The notes below the pieces were generated by a model, which was not told the DNA's origin, did no database searches, and saw only the letters and a program-made list of their open reading frames with translations. From Catajapyx aquilonaris (Eukaryota), in the NCBI GenBank assembly GCA_000934665.2, contig JYFJ02001487.1:1-64000 (forward strand): a stretch of DNA of 64,000 bases, written 5' to 3'. Numbering within the stretch: the stretch's first letter is position 1; each line of letters begins with the position of its first letter. This document shows positions 1 to 18,045 of the stretch, in pieces. The position numbers and the translations under genes are program-made.

Positions 1-1273
1 GGCATATCTTTGTGCTGGGAGAGCAGGAAGTTTATCAAAAGAAAAAGTGGTTCGATGCCTCTTGCACAATCTTGCATTGGGTGGGGTGGAGTGGGGTGGG
101 TAATGATGTCTAATTCAATGCGTATGTGATTTGAGTTGACGTTGACGGATTAGAGGGACAGGAATGTTCATATGCGCGCTGCATTAACTGGTTTTCCTTG
201 ACTTGTTTTTTTTTTCTTCTTCTTCTCTGGGATCGCATTCCTTCTGCCAACCTAGATCATGATATGCACTGCCAGACTAGCCCCTTCCTTGTATACACAA
301 TTTTGGCGCCTGCCTCGAAGTGTCAACATTTTATGCAGCCTTGTCGAGCCAAGCGATCCAGCTGTGGACTTTCATATAAACAAAATAACCCAAAGCCCCG
401 TTTCATAGGAAGAGAGTTATGGATTGTTTACTCCGGCAACAACCAGTTTTCAAAAGACGACAAGTGGTTCTGCACCCCATGCACGTTGGTGATGAGACAC
501 TTCGCGGACAAAGTCCACCAGGGTGCTATACTGCTGTCCTCTAATAGGTAGTAGCTTTCACTTTTCCCCGTTCAAACAATTAGAGGACAGTAGTATGTAA
601 CACCCTGGTGGACTTTGTCCCCGCAGTGACTCATCACCAACGTGCATGTAGTACTACTTTCGCCCTGTGAGTGGCAGTTGTGTGCAGAGATACAGCATAT
701 GCGTCAACTGGTAGTAGCGTATGTCCAACGAGGGGGTGGGCCAAGTGTTGCCAAAATTTGCCGACGGGTCCGGTACTAGTAGCAAGAGTTAATGCTAGTA
801 GTAAATAAATAAACACTGCAGTATCTAGGAGTAAATATATCCGTAACTTTATCCTTTCCTAGCCCCTCTGCAGATAATATAGGCACAGTATCGGACGTCA
901 TGAGGGAGGGCAGAAATTGTGGGTGCCAAGGGGATTTATTTTCTACTTATGCTGCATTTTTGCGCAATGCAGGATATATGCAAGACCTACTGCCACTTTG
1001 CCGAGAAAATGCCGGGGCCAATTTCCGGACAAAAATAATGTACTCTTCGTGCATAATAACCTTACAAGAGGCATTTTCTGTAACGCGACATTACGTGAAA
1101 CATGTGCATGTACTGCAACTTATTGAACTGGTGTGCTGCAATGTAATCCGAGTATGGTTTTTGGGGATTATTTATTTCATACATGTACTACTCTGAAACG
1201 ATTTGAATAAATAAGTCGATTCAGTTCTGTATACATCGCTTTCTCTAAAGACACGTTTCTGTTACCTCGGCAG

Positions 1274-5076
<3,803 letters not shown>

Positions 5077-6216
5077 ATCGACAAGGCATGAATATCACAG
5101 CAAAAAAAAAAATTTAGGCTCGATGCCTAACTCAAATCCATCTTTCCTTTTCTTCCATTGCACTTACCATTAATTCACATCATACGACAGGCGCTTCTCT
5201 CTCTATTAAAGACAAAATAATAATAATGCTACATATTAGGTCTCTAATAAGGAAAATAATCTTGATAGGATACAGGCTAATATTTTATGACTAAGACATA
5301 GCCACAGAGTTATCAGGAGGGAGGTGGGAATGACGACCAGTATGGACAAAAAAAAAGAGAAGAAAGCTAATCCCACTTGAGCATGGTTGGATTGAGTTGT
5401 ATGTTTCCAGTGCGATTGTGTTTTATAATAACTGTAAGTTTATTGAGAAGCATACCTTTTTCTAGGCAAATTTTTTGTATGCAGTTGAAACAATAAGCAG
5501 GGTAGCCCATTGTTTTAGTGGTGAGACTCATACAGGGTCGTACGATATTTGGATTTGTTGTTGTCGTCTCTCCCCTCCAGCGTAGCTGTTGGAATGTTTT
5601 TATTTTAAATGGGAAAATCTCAGCAAAGGGTGGCTTTAATGAAAGGTCTAAATAATGCAATGTCAAGTAATGCTACTGATCTCCATAGTTTGTAGGAAGA
5701 CAAGTAGCGTATTGAGTCGTTGCTTGTTGAGTATGTAACTGACCAGAAATAGGTGCAATGCCTGTGGTGTAGAAATGACGAGTGGAATGTCTCAAAAGAA
5801 AGAAAGAAAGAAAAAAAAAAAACCCTTGCCTTCAATTTTTGACCATGCCAGATAAGTCCAGTGTGAGTGTATTTTTTTGTAGGGTCTTTTGTTGTTCATG
5901 GTTTGTGAGATTTGCATGTTATTCAGACAGCTCCCGGTGAAGAAACACCAATAACTTTGTACATAGCACTTTGGACATTTTATATTTCGATGTTCATGGA
6001 TTTGTTGTGTTCTTGTTTATAACTGATCCTGGTTTCTGTAAGTTTTGGGAGGAAGTGGGAGGTTGGGAAGACAAAGTTACTGTAAAAAAAAAAATTAATA
6101 AAGGTGAGGAAAAAAAGAGACCTGTATTGTCCTTTAGAATGTCACTAGGTTACAAAATGAAAAAAAAAAAAAAATCAATAAGTCTGTATGTGGAAGGCAA
6201 GTATCGGAAAATGAGT

Positions 6217-8858
6217 TCACCACGTCTCCACCTTGACTGGAGCCTCGGAAATCTCCCTCAGCATGGCACTGACGGACAGTGCGGATCCACCTGGGGTCTG
6301 CACGTCCCTCCCGTTGACCATCCCTCCATTAACCAAAATGACCTCTCGCTGACCTCCCTTCCTTACTGGCGGCGGAGGTGGTGGTTCCATCCCGGGAAGC
6401 ACCCTGTATGCACTGATGTAACCCTTCATGCGCTCCACCCTCATTCTCTGCACGAAATCAAGGAAGCGCAGTCTGTTCGAAGTATTCAGTCCAGTCGCCT
6501 CCACCAGTACAATGTACATAAAGAGGTCCATGTCGTCTGGATCGACCCTGTGGTAGAACCCAATCCGACGGAGGCCAAACTCATCCTTCAGATTGAGGTA
6601 CACAAAGCGAGCTCCGGACCACTCTTTCCAGGTGCGTTCCAAGAGTGAATCGAAACTCCGCTCCAAGCTCTTGTACCCAATCATTATGTACGCACGCTGG
6701 CCTCCGTCAGGTGGCAACGGGCTCATCGGCTGCTCCTCTGGGGTTATGCTTTTCACTTCTTTGTACAACCCTGCGGATGAAAAGCAGTACATCAATGTCT
6801 GCAGTGTTGGCTATAGCAACAAAATGTGCTAGTGAGACACTGTACACTTGCGGCATAAAAATCAAATCCGAGGGAGCTTGTGCTGGACAGCCAAAATGAA
6901 AGGGGCTTTTACGAAGGGAGGGTCAGGCGGATATCGACCCCCTGCAATTTGCAAGCCAGTACACACGTTGGATCGGACCTTCTCCGCCTAAAATTAACCT
7001 TTCGACTTTATCGAGCTGACCAGGGGTTTGCCATCAAAACTTACAAACTTGGCCCTCTATTTTCCAAGCCAGCATCTCATTTGCATTACAAGGTGTCAAT
7101 GAACAAAAAAAAAAACATGTTTACAGTTTGAACACCTGGATTTGCCACACTACACTGATCAGAAAAAAAATCGATCCTCTCCTCTCTCATCATAACGCCT
7201 TAAATAATTGAGCTGGGTTCATGCCCAGGTGCCAGTGTACAAATTCAAGGTTATCGGGTGCACCTTCATTTGCAGACCATTTACCTCTGTGCAAATTGAA
7301 GCACTCTCCGAAGACATTGTCCTTTTGGGTCAAACCCAGTGCAATCCTGTGCTTCACAGCAACTGGATGGAATATGTGGTGCACCATCGGGAAGAGAACT
7401 GCATAAAACAAAGAAGAAGAAAAACATATGTTAATACCCACACCTGCTGGAAAAGCGTACAAAGAAAAGTGGCATAAAATATTTATGAGCCTTCTCGAGT
7501 CAATATTTTCGTCAAGTACTTCGCCAACTTCGCATACAATTTTATGGTCACTGTACGTTTAAAAAAAAAAGAATATTAGCACGTCCTGAGCGAACTGCAA
7601 ATTAACTGTTAGCACCAACTAGTGGCCGACCCCAAATGTTTGTAAACACTGTTGTCAACTAGGTGCAATCAATAACCGGCGACTCGCATTAAACATCTGA
7701 GAAATTCCTATGGGGGAGCTTATGTATCAACATGTGGTCCGCATGTATTGATCGTCATATGCACGAACATGACATAATACTTCATGCGGTATACTTGGAA
7801 AGAAAAAAAGTTAATTAATTGCCAATTTTGGCCTCTTCATTAAACTTTTTCGAATCAATAAGTGTGCTCTCTTTCTATAGGTTAGATTTAAAACTTCTTG
7901 TCAGCTTTCCAACCACCTAATTTAAGCTTCTCCGTCCTTGACTCAATCAATTATCAAATCGAACCGTTCAATTAAACAGCAAGGGAGGCCGCATGACGCC
8001 ATATTTTTTTTCTTCTTCTTCTAAGCAAGGCGTGATTCAGATCACCCAGATCAAGTCATGAATGGCAGGAAGTATCTCTTAACCTTAAGACTCTCACCAC
8101 CATCACGCTTTTATTCTGGCCACTCCCTTCACCTGCTTAAGAGTTTTTTTTTATCATCGCCATTCATTTAGGCGCGCAGTTTTTCCTTCCAAGGACGTCC
8201 GCAAACCAAGAGATGACTTGATCATTGGACATTTTTGCAATGAGGAATTTTTTTAAAGTGATGTAACTTGTGGTGGCACGTTTTTTTTTAGGGTCGTAAG
8301 AATGAGATGACTTCATTCATTCAGCTTAACAGGATGCTGCTAATCTGGGCAGCTCCTGTGGTTTTTCTTCTCCCGACTGTTCAAAAACAACTGGCGGTGT
8401 GTCATTGGCCCTTCTGAGAAATTTTCGACACTTGAATGGGTGCAGCTTTCTTCAAATTGTTTTTAAAAAATAAAATATAAATACATGTTTTCTGGTGCTA
8501 GTTTGGTAGAAATATTATACCTGCTGGCGAGGCAAGATCGAACCTCATTATGATATTAATGTACAGCATTTGGCACATTATGCACGAACGCATTTCCTTT
8601 TCCGCCGCGGCCCCCTCAAGCAAATTCGACAAAAATGGGCATGATTTTACCTCCATTTTCCATCGTGTCTAGGACCACTCCATCGCCGAATGATCCGTTA
8701 AGATTCAGCGATTGTCTCACACGTTCTTGCTGCTCTCGATGGCACATGTTCTTGTCTTTTGGCGACAGGAAGGTGAATACAGCGTATGAATCAGGCGCCT
8801 TCGTCAGTGGAGACGACGACGACGACGATGGACCGTTGTTTGGTAGGTACCCGTTCAT
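6217..8858 (-). CDS. Uncharacterised conserved invertebrate protein (DUF7153-like)
   Basis: Three exons, 8858-8651, 7398-7285 and 6770-6217, are joined by two phase-1 GT-AG introns into a continuous frame: MNGYLP...DTMENG|VLFPMVHH...LHR|GLYKEV...ERTWKEWSGARFVY...FMYIVLVE...GYISAYR. The DUF7153 assignment is from memory of the W..WSGAR motif and is unverified. An acceptor at 8871-8872 implies a further upstream exon. Confidence 0.8.
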
Positions 8859-11800
8859 ACTTTGGTCCGTCTGCACAGGATAAGAAACCAGGACTGATGA
8901 GAGCCGTGAGAGAAAAAAGAGGCGCGGTCTTTTTCTTGTCACGTCACCCGGGGAATTACGTGGTGAATGCATTATCTCAATCTATTATTCACAACTTATT
9001 CGCCTTAGGGGCTGCCACCAGGCACGAAACTAATACACGCCAACAAATTGTGTGTCCCTTAAATATTTAAAAAAATTATATAAAAAAGCAGCCCATGTTT
9101 CTTTTTTCATTTTTTATTTTTTTTAAAGAGGGTGAAAAACATGCTTTTTGAGTGTGACAACCGCATGTTGATGGCATCTCTGGAGAAAGGATGAGGGGCT
9201 GTCAGAAGAGCAGCTTTTCTGGCTAACTTTAGAAGATGAGAGGGGGGATGCTGCAGAATGGGCCTGGGAAGATACTCAGAAGAAAGGCCTTGAGATTATG
9301 CACCACATGACATGGGCAATGAGGAAAGATCCAATTTGGGCACCTGTCTGACCATGCATACACTTCAAATGTCGGTCATCGTACCTTACTCCCAAGGATG
9401 CCGAGAGAGAGATCCCTTATATGACACTCTCATAAAACTGTCGTAATCAGTAAAAATATACAAGCTACCTGTGGACACATCACCTTGACTTAATTCGTCG
9501 CACGTACCGACTAATAAATACCAGTTTTCGACACAGAAAAAAAAAATTATCTACCAAGCTTTTAGCAGTATCTTGTGTTTGCTGCAGTAAATATTTTAGA
9601 GTGACTCTTGCGTAAAAACACGCGTTCCCTGAAAGGAAAAAAAAAATCATGTCGCCCAAAAAAACCACGGGGGAAGACTATCAGCTACGGTTTTCCAGGC
9701 ATCGGAAATTGTCACTTCAAAAGAGAAAAGGGCCGACGGTATCATATTTCAAGGCACCATTACGTGACTCAACATCAGCGATACTATATCCTCCGTGTCT
9801 CAGTGACGGACCCCCCTTGCTTTCATTTCCGTCTCCCATCTTTATAGTGCATGGAGGGGGGACCGTACCCAATTTTTGTCACCATTTCAGATGATTAATG
9901 TCACAAGGTCAACGACACGACAAAATCCAGCAACTGTCCTGAACTTATGAATTACATGTCTTAAAGAAATAACGAGTGTGCAATTAGCGACCCAGACACA
10001 CGATTGCAGTCACGTACGTTGCGGTAGTTCACAATTGACCGTAATGCGGTCGTCAAGGGCAGCCTTGTTTGTGTGTACGATTTTGCGTTTACCCTTAGCA
10101 ATACCATTACTTATGCAGACATATCAGATTAACATCGATCAAGGGATATGCCCTAAATTACCATAATATTTAATCAACATACGCGGCGGTATCTAAGCAT
10201 CCTGAATGAGAGTGGTGTATACGTATAGGCAATTGCTGGTCGTAAATGTTTCCCAAGAGATGAGCTGATCTAATCTACTCGGATGGGCAGCACAACAGCG
10301 CAATTATTACGCGGCTCTTGTGGGGATTTCAACAGGTAAAAATTCAAAACTTGCTCCAAATTGCTCCAAATTAACACAAGGGCTGATGCACACTGTCCAC
10401 CAGAGTAATCTCAAATATTTCGTTATGTATACTTTCGGCGTGACGTTAACAACAGAGGAATTTCCTGGTTTACAACATTCCCAGTTTCAGCAACTACGGA
10501 AATTCCACAGCCAACGTTATGATTATAATAAAAAGTGACATTTTGCCCGGTCTTTCATCCAGATCGGTGTAAATGGTTGAAGGAAAATTCTGCACAGACC
10601 TCTTATTTTGAGTCCTTCTTTCACTTACTTGTTAGCTCTTTCTCCAATTGAAAATGTACCCCAGTGATTTTTTGGAAAAAAAAACATCACCGACTCAATT
10701 CTAAATTTGTTTGTCGATTTAATGTATCCTCACTTTTACGCACAATTCAATTATGAGAAATCCAGCACAGAACTACCTAAAAATCACATCAAACTCAGCA
10801 GAAACACACTCAAATTTTTTTCTATATAGATCACCAAAATACCTCGATGTAGCACAATACCACCACAAATCTTTCGGGACACTTCCACACCTCCAACACA
10901 GAACTGACACGAACCGATTTCCAATCACTCCATTGTACTGACCACCATGAAAAGAGCACTCTATTACCAACGCAACAAAAGCATGCGAGAAAAAAAACAC
11001 TTCTGTATAATCCATCCAAAAAAAAAACCCTATCTTTTTTAGTTTCAATAATAGGAACAAAAAAGTAGGTCCCTTCTATAATGCGGACCTAATGACCTTA
11101 GACACGCCAATCCCTGACTTACCTGACGTAACTTTTCGTCTCGAAAAAAAATTAAAAAAATAAAAGAGAGACCCTGGTCCGCCCTTTGAATGTGCGACGC
11201 GTGCGGTCCCCGGCTTCCGACTAAACACGCGTCTCATCGTATATCTACTACACGGCCTGGAAAAGTGTAGGCGGCGCCAATAAACAGCTCCAGGGTTCGT
11301 GTTGGTGGAAAAGCCCAGCCCCCCCCTCACAACCAGGCCCCACTTAATGGCATAAGGATATCCCCAGACCGTCTACAGTATATACACCTCCGCAATCTAT
11401 TTTTTGATTTCAATTGGACATGAATTCCTTATTTGTAAGGTGTGTAATGACTGTAATTCAATGAGTTCGATCCATGACTGGCGAGGTCGTTACTTGCATT
11501 TCCGTTCCTTAGTTTTTTTTTAACTGTCCATTTTTATTTTTTTTCCTTCCACGGAAGCAGGGTGTGTTTAAGGCCTGGTTTGGATATAAGCACCATATGG
11601 CCCCAGGACCTGTGTGTTCATAGAACCAGGAAAATGCGTATAGCAACGCCGCAGAAAATGTCAGTGAACCTAAAACGGCCCATTAATATTTTCTAGGGAA
11701 CTAATTAGCAGCACCCATCCCCCAAAAACATGCGATTATCACTGCAAACTTGCGTGGTTCACAGTTCAAGAGTATAGGACTGGAGAAGTTCTTTCAGCAC

Positions 11801-13056
11801 TTGAAATCCGCTTGAAAGCCAAGCATTTCTCTCTTCAACTTCGGTTAAATCATTTGCTAAAGAGCATCTCAAGTGGAAGATCGAAAAACAATTCAAAATA
11901 ACGTACGATTTGCCCTTGAATTTGACCCAGCAACCAAACTTTAATGAGAAGCAACATGGCCAGGTCAAATTTCGATTCGCTCTTTTGCCACCATCGGCTC
12001 GTGGCTCCACAAGTACCATTGGACATGGAGCTGACCATTGGCCTAGTTTCTTCGAATTAATGCGCATACAACTGACCATCCATCACCACGACGCGACGGT
12101 GGGGGGGAAAAAATGTGTGCAGAGCAAGCTTATAACATAAATTGCCAATCACACCTGGACGTGATCATCCAGCACGTTTTCAGCGAACCCTCGACATCAA
12201 GTTTCCCCCTCGCAATGCCCATAAAATTGTAATAATCTCTTGTAATCTCCTAGTGGCACCCAACCCTCCCCTACCCATTCAATATAAAAGGCCTTTCGAC
12301 ACGATTCCATGGGCAATTCGCAGAACAACTATATGATGATGGGGAGGTCAGCGCCCTTTTGGTGGTCCTATCGCATGCCAGACACGAATATAATCTGACT
12401 CACTGGAAAGATAGATTTTTTTTTTAAAGGTAAATATAGGGTTGCCTCGACGACATCTTATAAAAGTAGCCATGAAAATAGCTCGAGTTCGATTGCCCTA
12501 TTTGGTTTTTAGGTCAATTTGGATACACGCCTATCGACAAGAAGGTTATCGTATTAATGGCCGGTTGTACGAATTAGGAGGAAATTCTTCCAATATGCAT
12601 TATGAAGGTCTATAGACAACATCTGTGATTTTATCTCATTTGTTTTCGCACAACTTAGTCGGCTATGTGCCAATTAGAAAAAATCTATGATTATGTGTAA
12701 TTCACAACAGAGAGCAATCCTACATAATCTGGTTACAAATATATGGCCCATCATATTAGTATGGGGAGCTATAAATTTACACAAAAAGCTAATCGACATG
12801 GGCTCAAATTATTGAGAGTTCACAGCGAAGCAATTTAACAAATAATTTACACCGCACCAGACCACGTCCAAAATCAGCGACAAAAGCACAATACTTATTG
12901 GCGCACGCCGATTCAACATGTGATATACTGTGCTAGGAAATGTCAAAAAGTGTTATTGAAATAATAATACAGAGTACAGCAATCCCATTCCGTATGTCAT
13001 GTTGATGCTACTACGTGCAGCCAATCAACTCCTGAAAAATTTATGGAATAACTCAC

Positions 13057-16000
13057 CTATAATAACGTTGACTTGGTTGCTGTAATTCCGTAGCACCTTG
13101 GAGACGTCACAGGATCGAACAACCTGACAAGATGGGCTTCGGAAACGCTATCCTTGAAGGACAAACAGAAAGAAAAAAAAATTGTTATATAGTGGTCCCA
13201 GAAGAATAGTAAAGCCGATATTTTTACTGTATGGTAACCCATCAAAACTTACATCTTCGAGCAAAAAAGCCAATCGATCCAACAAGATGAGTCCTTCGAT
13301 AACTGGGGCCAGCACCGTCCTAAGTTGAAAGAACAGGTCGAGCTTCTTCTGGTACGGCAAGTATTGCTCCAACAATTTGGTCGCATCGACACCTTCAGGC
13401 TGTAACAAAATATAACACTGTTAAGCACATATTTCCGCAAATGATGTCACAGCTTAATTATTTGAATTCGTCTCCCTTTCACCATCTCATCATTTTTTTT
13501 TAACACCTTGTTTTCCATGAAGAGTCGGAAAACTTGTTCTGATAATAAGGTCAAATGCTGTCAATTCTATAAATTGCATAAAGTTGATGGCGTCATATAA
13601 GCTCACCTGTTTCAACTTCAACTTATCCATCGCCCGTCTAAGGTAGTCAGGAAAATCTTTACTTTTGGCAGCAATTCTTCCAACGTGAAATTCCGCCACC
13701 TGGTCCCCATAATTTTCCCTCAGTACCACCTGAAGCAAGGCTCGGTAAAACAAGGATTTGCTTGGCACCTGAAAAATTAATTACCATGCCATGTAAACAT
13801 CCGCAAAATCCTGTCAAAGGTCAAGTTCGTGCCAGTCCTTGACTGCACCCAGCAATGGCATTTAATTAATCACACCTTGCCATTACACAATTAATAATTA
13901 TTTTTTTCCTTCATACCGATTGAAGTTGTCGGATTCTCTCGAGAGGCTGTGCAGCCAACATCCTCGCGTTTCTTCCCAGGCAGCACCTTTTCTCCTTGGC
14001 GTATTTGCTCATTGGGAAACCAGATCCTTCAGAAGCCTCGTGGTCCTTCCAAAACTCGGGCAGTTCAAACTCCTCGTCCAGAAGGTGGTAGCAACACCCA
14101 ACGACGCACATCCCTTTGGCCTCTTTGCACCTGGCAAACAGTCTCAACATGTGAGGACCCAAATTTCCACATGTGTGAAGCCCAACAAGGACCATGCTTT
14201 CGGGATGGTCACCAAATTCGGATGACACGAGAGCAGGAAGATCTGTTCGGTCTGTGACGTACGATGTCACTCGCTTGTAGTTGTCAGATGATGCCCAATC
14301 AGCACCGCCCCAAATCCTCTAAAAAATAATAATAAAGCAGGTGAACCCCGAGAAAACCCACGCCACCGACTGGTACACACAAAAAAAAATCCCAGAATCA
14401 GACGGTAAAAATACCGACCCTAATTATACCTGCAATATTCAGGCCTGCTTGTCAGCGAAACCAAAATATGAATGACATTTGGTCATTTGTGTGCATGCAA
14501 TGTCAACACACTGAAAGCTTGTCATTCTGCGATTGTTTCCGCGTGATTTCGTGCGTGATCGTACAACCAGTTTTTATATATATAAATCCACTTGTTGTGA
14601 ATCGATCATCGCCTTTTATAGAAGGCTATTCGATTCGTTGCTATAAAATTTGGGTATGAAACTTCAGATGGATGTGTGGCACGCACTATATACAGCATAT
14701 GCACAATATGAGCATCGATTACCAAGGCTCGTATAAGGAAATTGACCCCGTCTTATCACGTTATTATTCCCGGAGCACACCCTTTCATCGACCCCCTGCA
14801 CTTTTCTTACGTGCTCCTTTGGGGTCAACTTCTGTTTGTTTTTTGTTTTTTAATCCGGTGTAATTCCACACCCAGCACCTGAGCACTTGACTAATCACGT
14901 AGAGTGCGTGCGTACCGTTGTATGTATAATCCCTTTGGCTAATGAGAGTTGGACTTGTAGAAACCTTTCTCAGAATTAGCTTAACTGCACAGCGCAAATT
15001 GTGTGAAATAAATAAATCCGCCTAAGTGCCAAATTTGACATTTAAAAAAAATAATGTGTGAAGTAGAACGGCTATTAATGGGCGTTATTTCGCTATTCAA
15101 GGTGGCGGTTGTAAAGCAAGTAATAAAATAAGTGCGTAGTTCGTTAACAATAAATATTTCGGGCTGTCCCCTCCCCTCTGGGTGACCTGGGCGTCAAGCA
15201 AGTACTGACCTTACACCATAACGAGGTGTTGTGGCTTCCAGAACGGCCTTGCAATCTATCGCACCCATGACCCCCATAACCACTGGTACAACAAAGTGCA
15301 ATTAAACTTCAACTTAAAAAGGGGGGGAAGAGAAAATATGAAACCGCAGACTCGCCCAGTTGTAATTGTTATGCCTGCAGGGGCAACGTGCTTTCAAAGA
15401 CGTAACTATAGCTGGTAGGTCCTTGGAGTCATAAGCGCAAAATAATAATAAGCAGGCGGAGCAACATGCCAGCAGGACAAGAGTGCACGATTAGTATAAT
15501 CAGTACGTGTATTAATAATTATTTTTACTCACTACATGATAGTTGCGTAATTCATCGACATAAAAATGTGTCAGGTATCGAATAAGTCACATGTTACAGG
15601 TGGATGAGCTGTAAGACTACTAGGAATACAAATGTCGATAATACCTATAGGAAATTATTGAGAAACTCTGTACATAATAATAGCCACTCACTGTACAGTA
15701 TTTTTTTGTGTAATTAACTCACTCCACTATAGTGCAAGATTACAATGCACATATGCAACATTTCAATATAAATTATTAATTGCAACTCATGGGTGGGACA
15801 GTAAGAGGAGGGCATTAGGATAATGATATGTGACATAACCGGGTTAGAGCTATGAACACGCACATACCTACATGTTTTATTAACTGATAATAATAGTTGC
15901 ATACTTCCATATATGAAATAGCTTGCGACACATTTGGCATACCAAGTATATCCCAGTAGACTCCTAATTACTATTTAAAAAAGGCCTTCTTAAAAATAGC

Positions 16001-17435
16001 AGCAAAATGTCAATAACGTAATTGAACCAGAATTACGCAATGAAAATGAAAATTATACTGTTGTGCTATTATTATTAATACAGTCGAACCCCGATTATTA
16101 TGTCACCAACAGGACTGGGGCATAATCGGATAACCGAAACGGTAGGGGAATCCGTGGAGTAAAAAAACTTTAATAAAACACAATAAAAAACATATAAAAA
16201 CATGAAATAACGTACAAAATTATTGTTTTCTAAGAAATAGTGAAGTATTTATCTTTTACACCCACTCTACTGTACTGTATTTACAACTTAACTACAGCAG
16301 AACAAACAAATGTGTAGAACGTGACAGTATGTAATGAAAAAAAAAAACAGATTTATAGCCGGAGCGGGATGGTCGGATAAACAGAGGAGTCGGATAATAA
16401 TCGGGGTTCTACTGGACCTCAAATTGAAAATATTTAAATATATTACACATAAAATCTGTTATGTGCTGCAACAATGTGTAGCTAATTTGGGGCACACTGT
16501 CCTGAGAAACAATGGCCTTCAAGGATTTTGTGCCGACTCAATAATAATATCGAGAGTCTCTATTAATAATGAACCTGCACACTGGCAATGAGTTATGTAT
16601 GAGATCGTGCATTATTTATTAAAGCACCAGGAACATTCCCAAATGTCTGTAAGACGATGTCACTCTCACTACGATGGCAAGCAGAATCAACCATGAAACC
16701 TGAACCTGCAGGATTTAATTGACATCAGGTTAGGTTAATTATTTTTAATCACATAGCAAGGGTTCCTCGGCTACTTGTAGCACCTATCAAATTAGGCACA
16801 TCTTTAGGAGAGGAGCCCTATGGATGAGCCTCTTCTCTTTCAACCCTATCAAAATTCCGTATAATGGACGGCTACCATCATGCAATGCACACGAAAAAAT
16901 TTGTACTCACCTGCAATTTTCCAGCCCTCTTTTCATCTCCACTGGTGTTAACGACTGATGAATCAATTCCCATGACTCTCAGTCCGTTCTTGATGGACAG
17001 GAAAGTACTGAGATAACCCTTCCCACTTCCGATGTCAACCACAACAGTAGCTCTGACCTTCCCGACCAGTCCGTTCACCACAGGACTCATCACCTCTACC
17101 TCATGAGCCTTCTTCTCTGACATGCACGTGTCGTATCTACGCCAGTCTGTATCACCCTCACACAAGAAAGCACAATCGGCCAGATTGGTGCACATTCCAA
17201 GTCCTTGCAATGTGTGATTCTGAGCAGCACTCACAAACTGCCCTGTGTACGGCAATCTTGACTCATAAATTGACTCGGATAACACGTCCAGCTCAGATTT
17301 GATGTCGTGAGGTACTAGGTTGTTCCAGTGATCATTCGTAATAAAGTCCACCATGTGGCAGTTAGCGATAGGGAGATACGGCTCCAGAAAGAGGACAACA
17401 CGCTCTATCGCAGCATAGATAGAGTTAACTGCCAT
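13057..17435 (-). CDS. METTL25: Methyltransferase-like protein 25
   Basis: Exons 17435-16911, 14318-13917, 13768-13607, 13399-13253 and 13152-13057, with all introns phase-0 GT-AG. Motifs: ANCHMVDF, MSEKKAHEV, SAM motif I VVDIGSGKGYL, VGLHTCGNL, VGCCYHLL, RNARMLA, LFYRALL, LILLDRLAFL, LFDPVTSPR. The ATG is in a good context (CAAAAATGG). Confidence 0.93.
16081..16414. mobile_element. Tc1/mariner (pogo/Tigger-like) MITE in METTL25 intron 1
   Basis: Terminal inverted repeats CAGTCGAACCCCGATTATTAT (from 16081) and ATAATAATCGGGGTTCTACTG (ending 16414), with 1 mismatch. Left flank is TA and right flank is GA (degenerate TSD). The interior is AT-rich and non-coding. Confidence 0.8.
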
Positions 17436-17511
17436 TTTTGGGCTAATGTCACGCACTTGCACTTTTGAAGCACCTTATCCTAATCAGTCTCTTTATTATT
17501 ATGTCTGGTGT

Positions 17512-18045
17512 TTAGAATGAGAGTGTGTCTTCCCCATAAACCGGCACTAGCATCTTCATCTGTAAGAATGCCGTCCTGAACTTGGCCCTGATGTGCCTCA
17601 TCATCTTGACTGTATCAACCTCCTTGATGTTCTCTCTTGGAAACGCCTCGATCATCGCCAGCAGTGCCTCCAGAGTCGCCTTCACCCTCGAATTGTTCAC
17701 AGTAACATTTGGATTGTCCGCACCACTCTCGGCCCCCTTCACCTTCGAGTTGTCTGCCTTCAACTTTAAGTTGTCAGTCTCAATCCACGTGAGAAGAACA
17801 CGTGCCATTCCCTCATAGTACCCCAGCTCTCCTCCAATCTCCGCTCCTTTACGATGACCAAGTGCGTACCCCTCCTCCTCCCCTTGCTTTCTACCCAAGA
17901 CCAATCCTTCCTCGTAACCCTGTCGTACGATGTGATCCTCACTCATCACAACGTCGTCAAACGCTGCATTCACATCATCTTCTGGCCGTTCCTCTGGTGC
18001 GTTGGGTGCTCCGAGTGGCCCTAGCCAGCTGGTCCCTTCCGCCAT
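17512..18045 (-). CDS. LTO1: LTO1/ORAOV1 homolog (Yae1_N deca-GX3 motif; ABCE1 Fe-S maturation adaptor)
   Basis: Single coding exon with ATG at 18045: FDDVVMSED..GYEEGLVLGRKQGEEEGYALGHRKGAEIGGELGYYEG (GX3 repeats)...IEAFP..N...IRAKFR. A 5'UTR intron 18054-18252 is likely (GTAAAT donor, TTGCAG acceptor). Confidence 0.9.
   Translation of the reverse strand: MAEGTSWLGPLGAPNAPEERPEDDVNAAFDDVVMSEDHIVRQGYEEGLVLGRKQGEEEGYALGHRKGAEIGGELGYYEGMARVLLTWIETDNLKLKADNSKVKGAESGADNPNVTVNNSRVKATLEALLAMIEAFPRENIKEVDTVKMMRHIRAKFRTAFLQMKMLVPVYGEDTLSF

Noticed and set aside
198..1196. ORFs 198-551 and 900-1196 as NT5C2 N-terminal exons
   Set aside because: Splice-compatible options exist (e.g. 410-547 with a phase-2 donor), but there is no recognisable similarity to cN-II, so I cannot choose between them.
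11759..12079. 106-aa minus-strand ORF with a faint PH-domain-like C-terminal helix
   Set aside because: No convincing motif or phase-compatible exon chain.
17436..17514. LTO1-METTL25 stop-codon readthrough fusion
   Set aside because: The 76-nt spacer puts the ORFs out of frame, and the stop is TAA-A, a non-leaky context.
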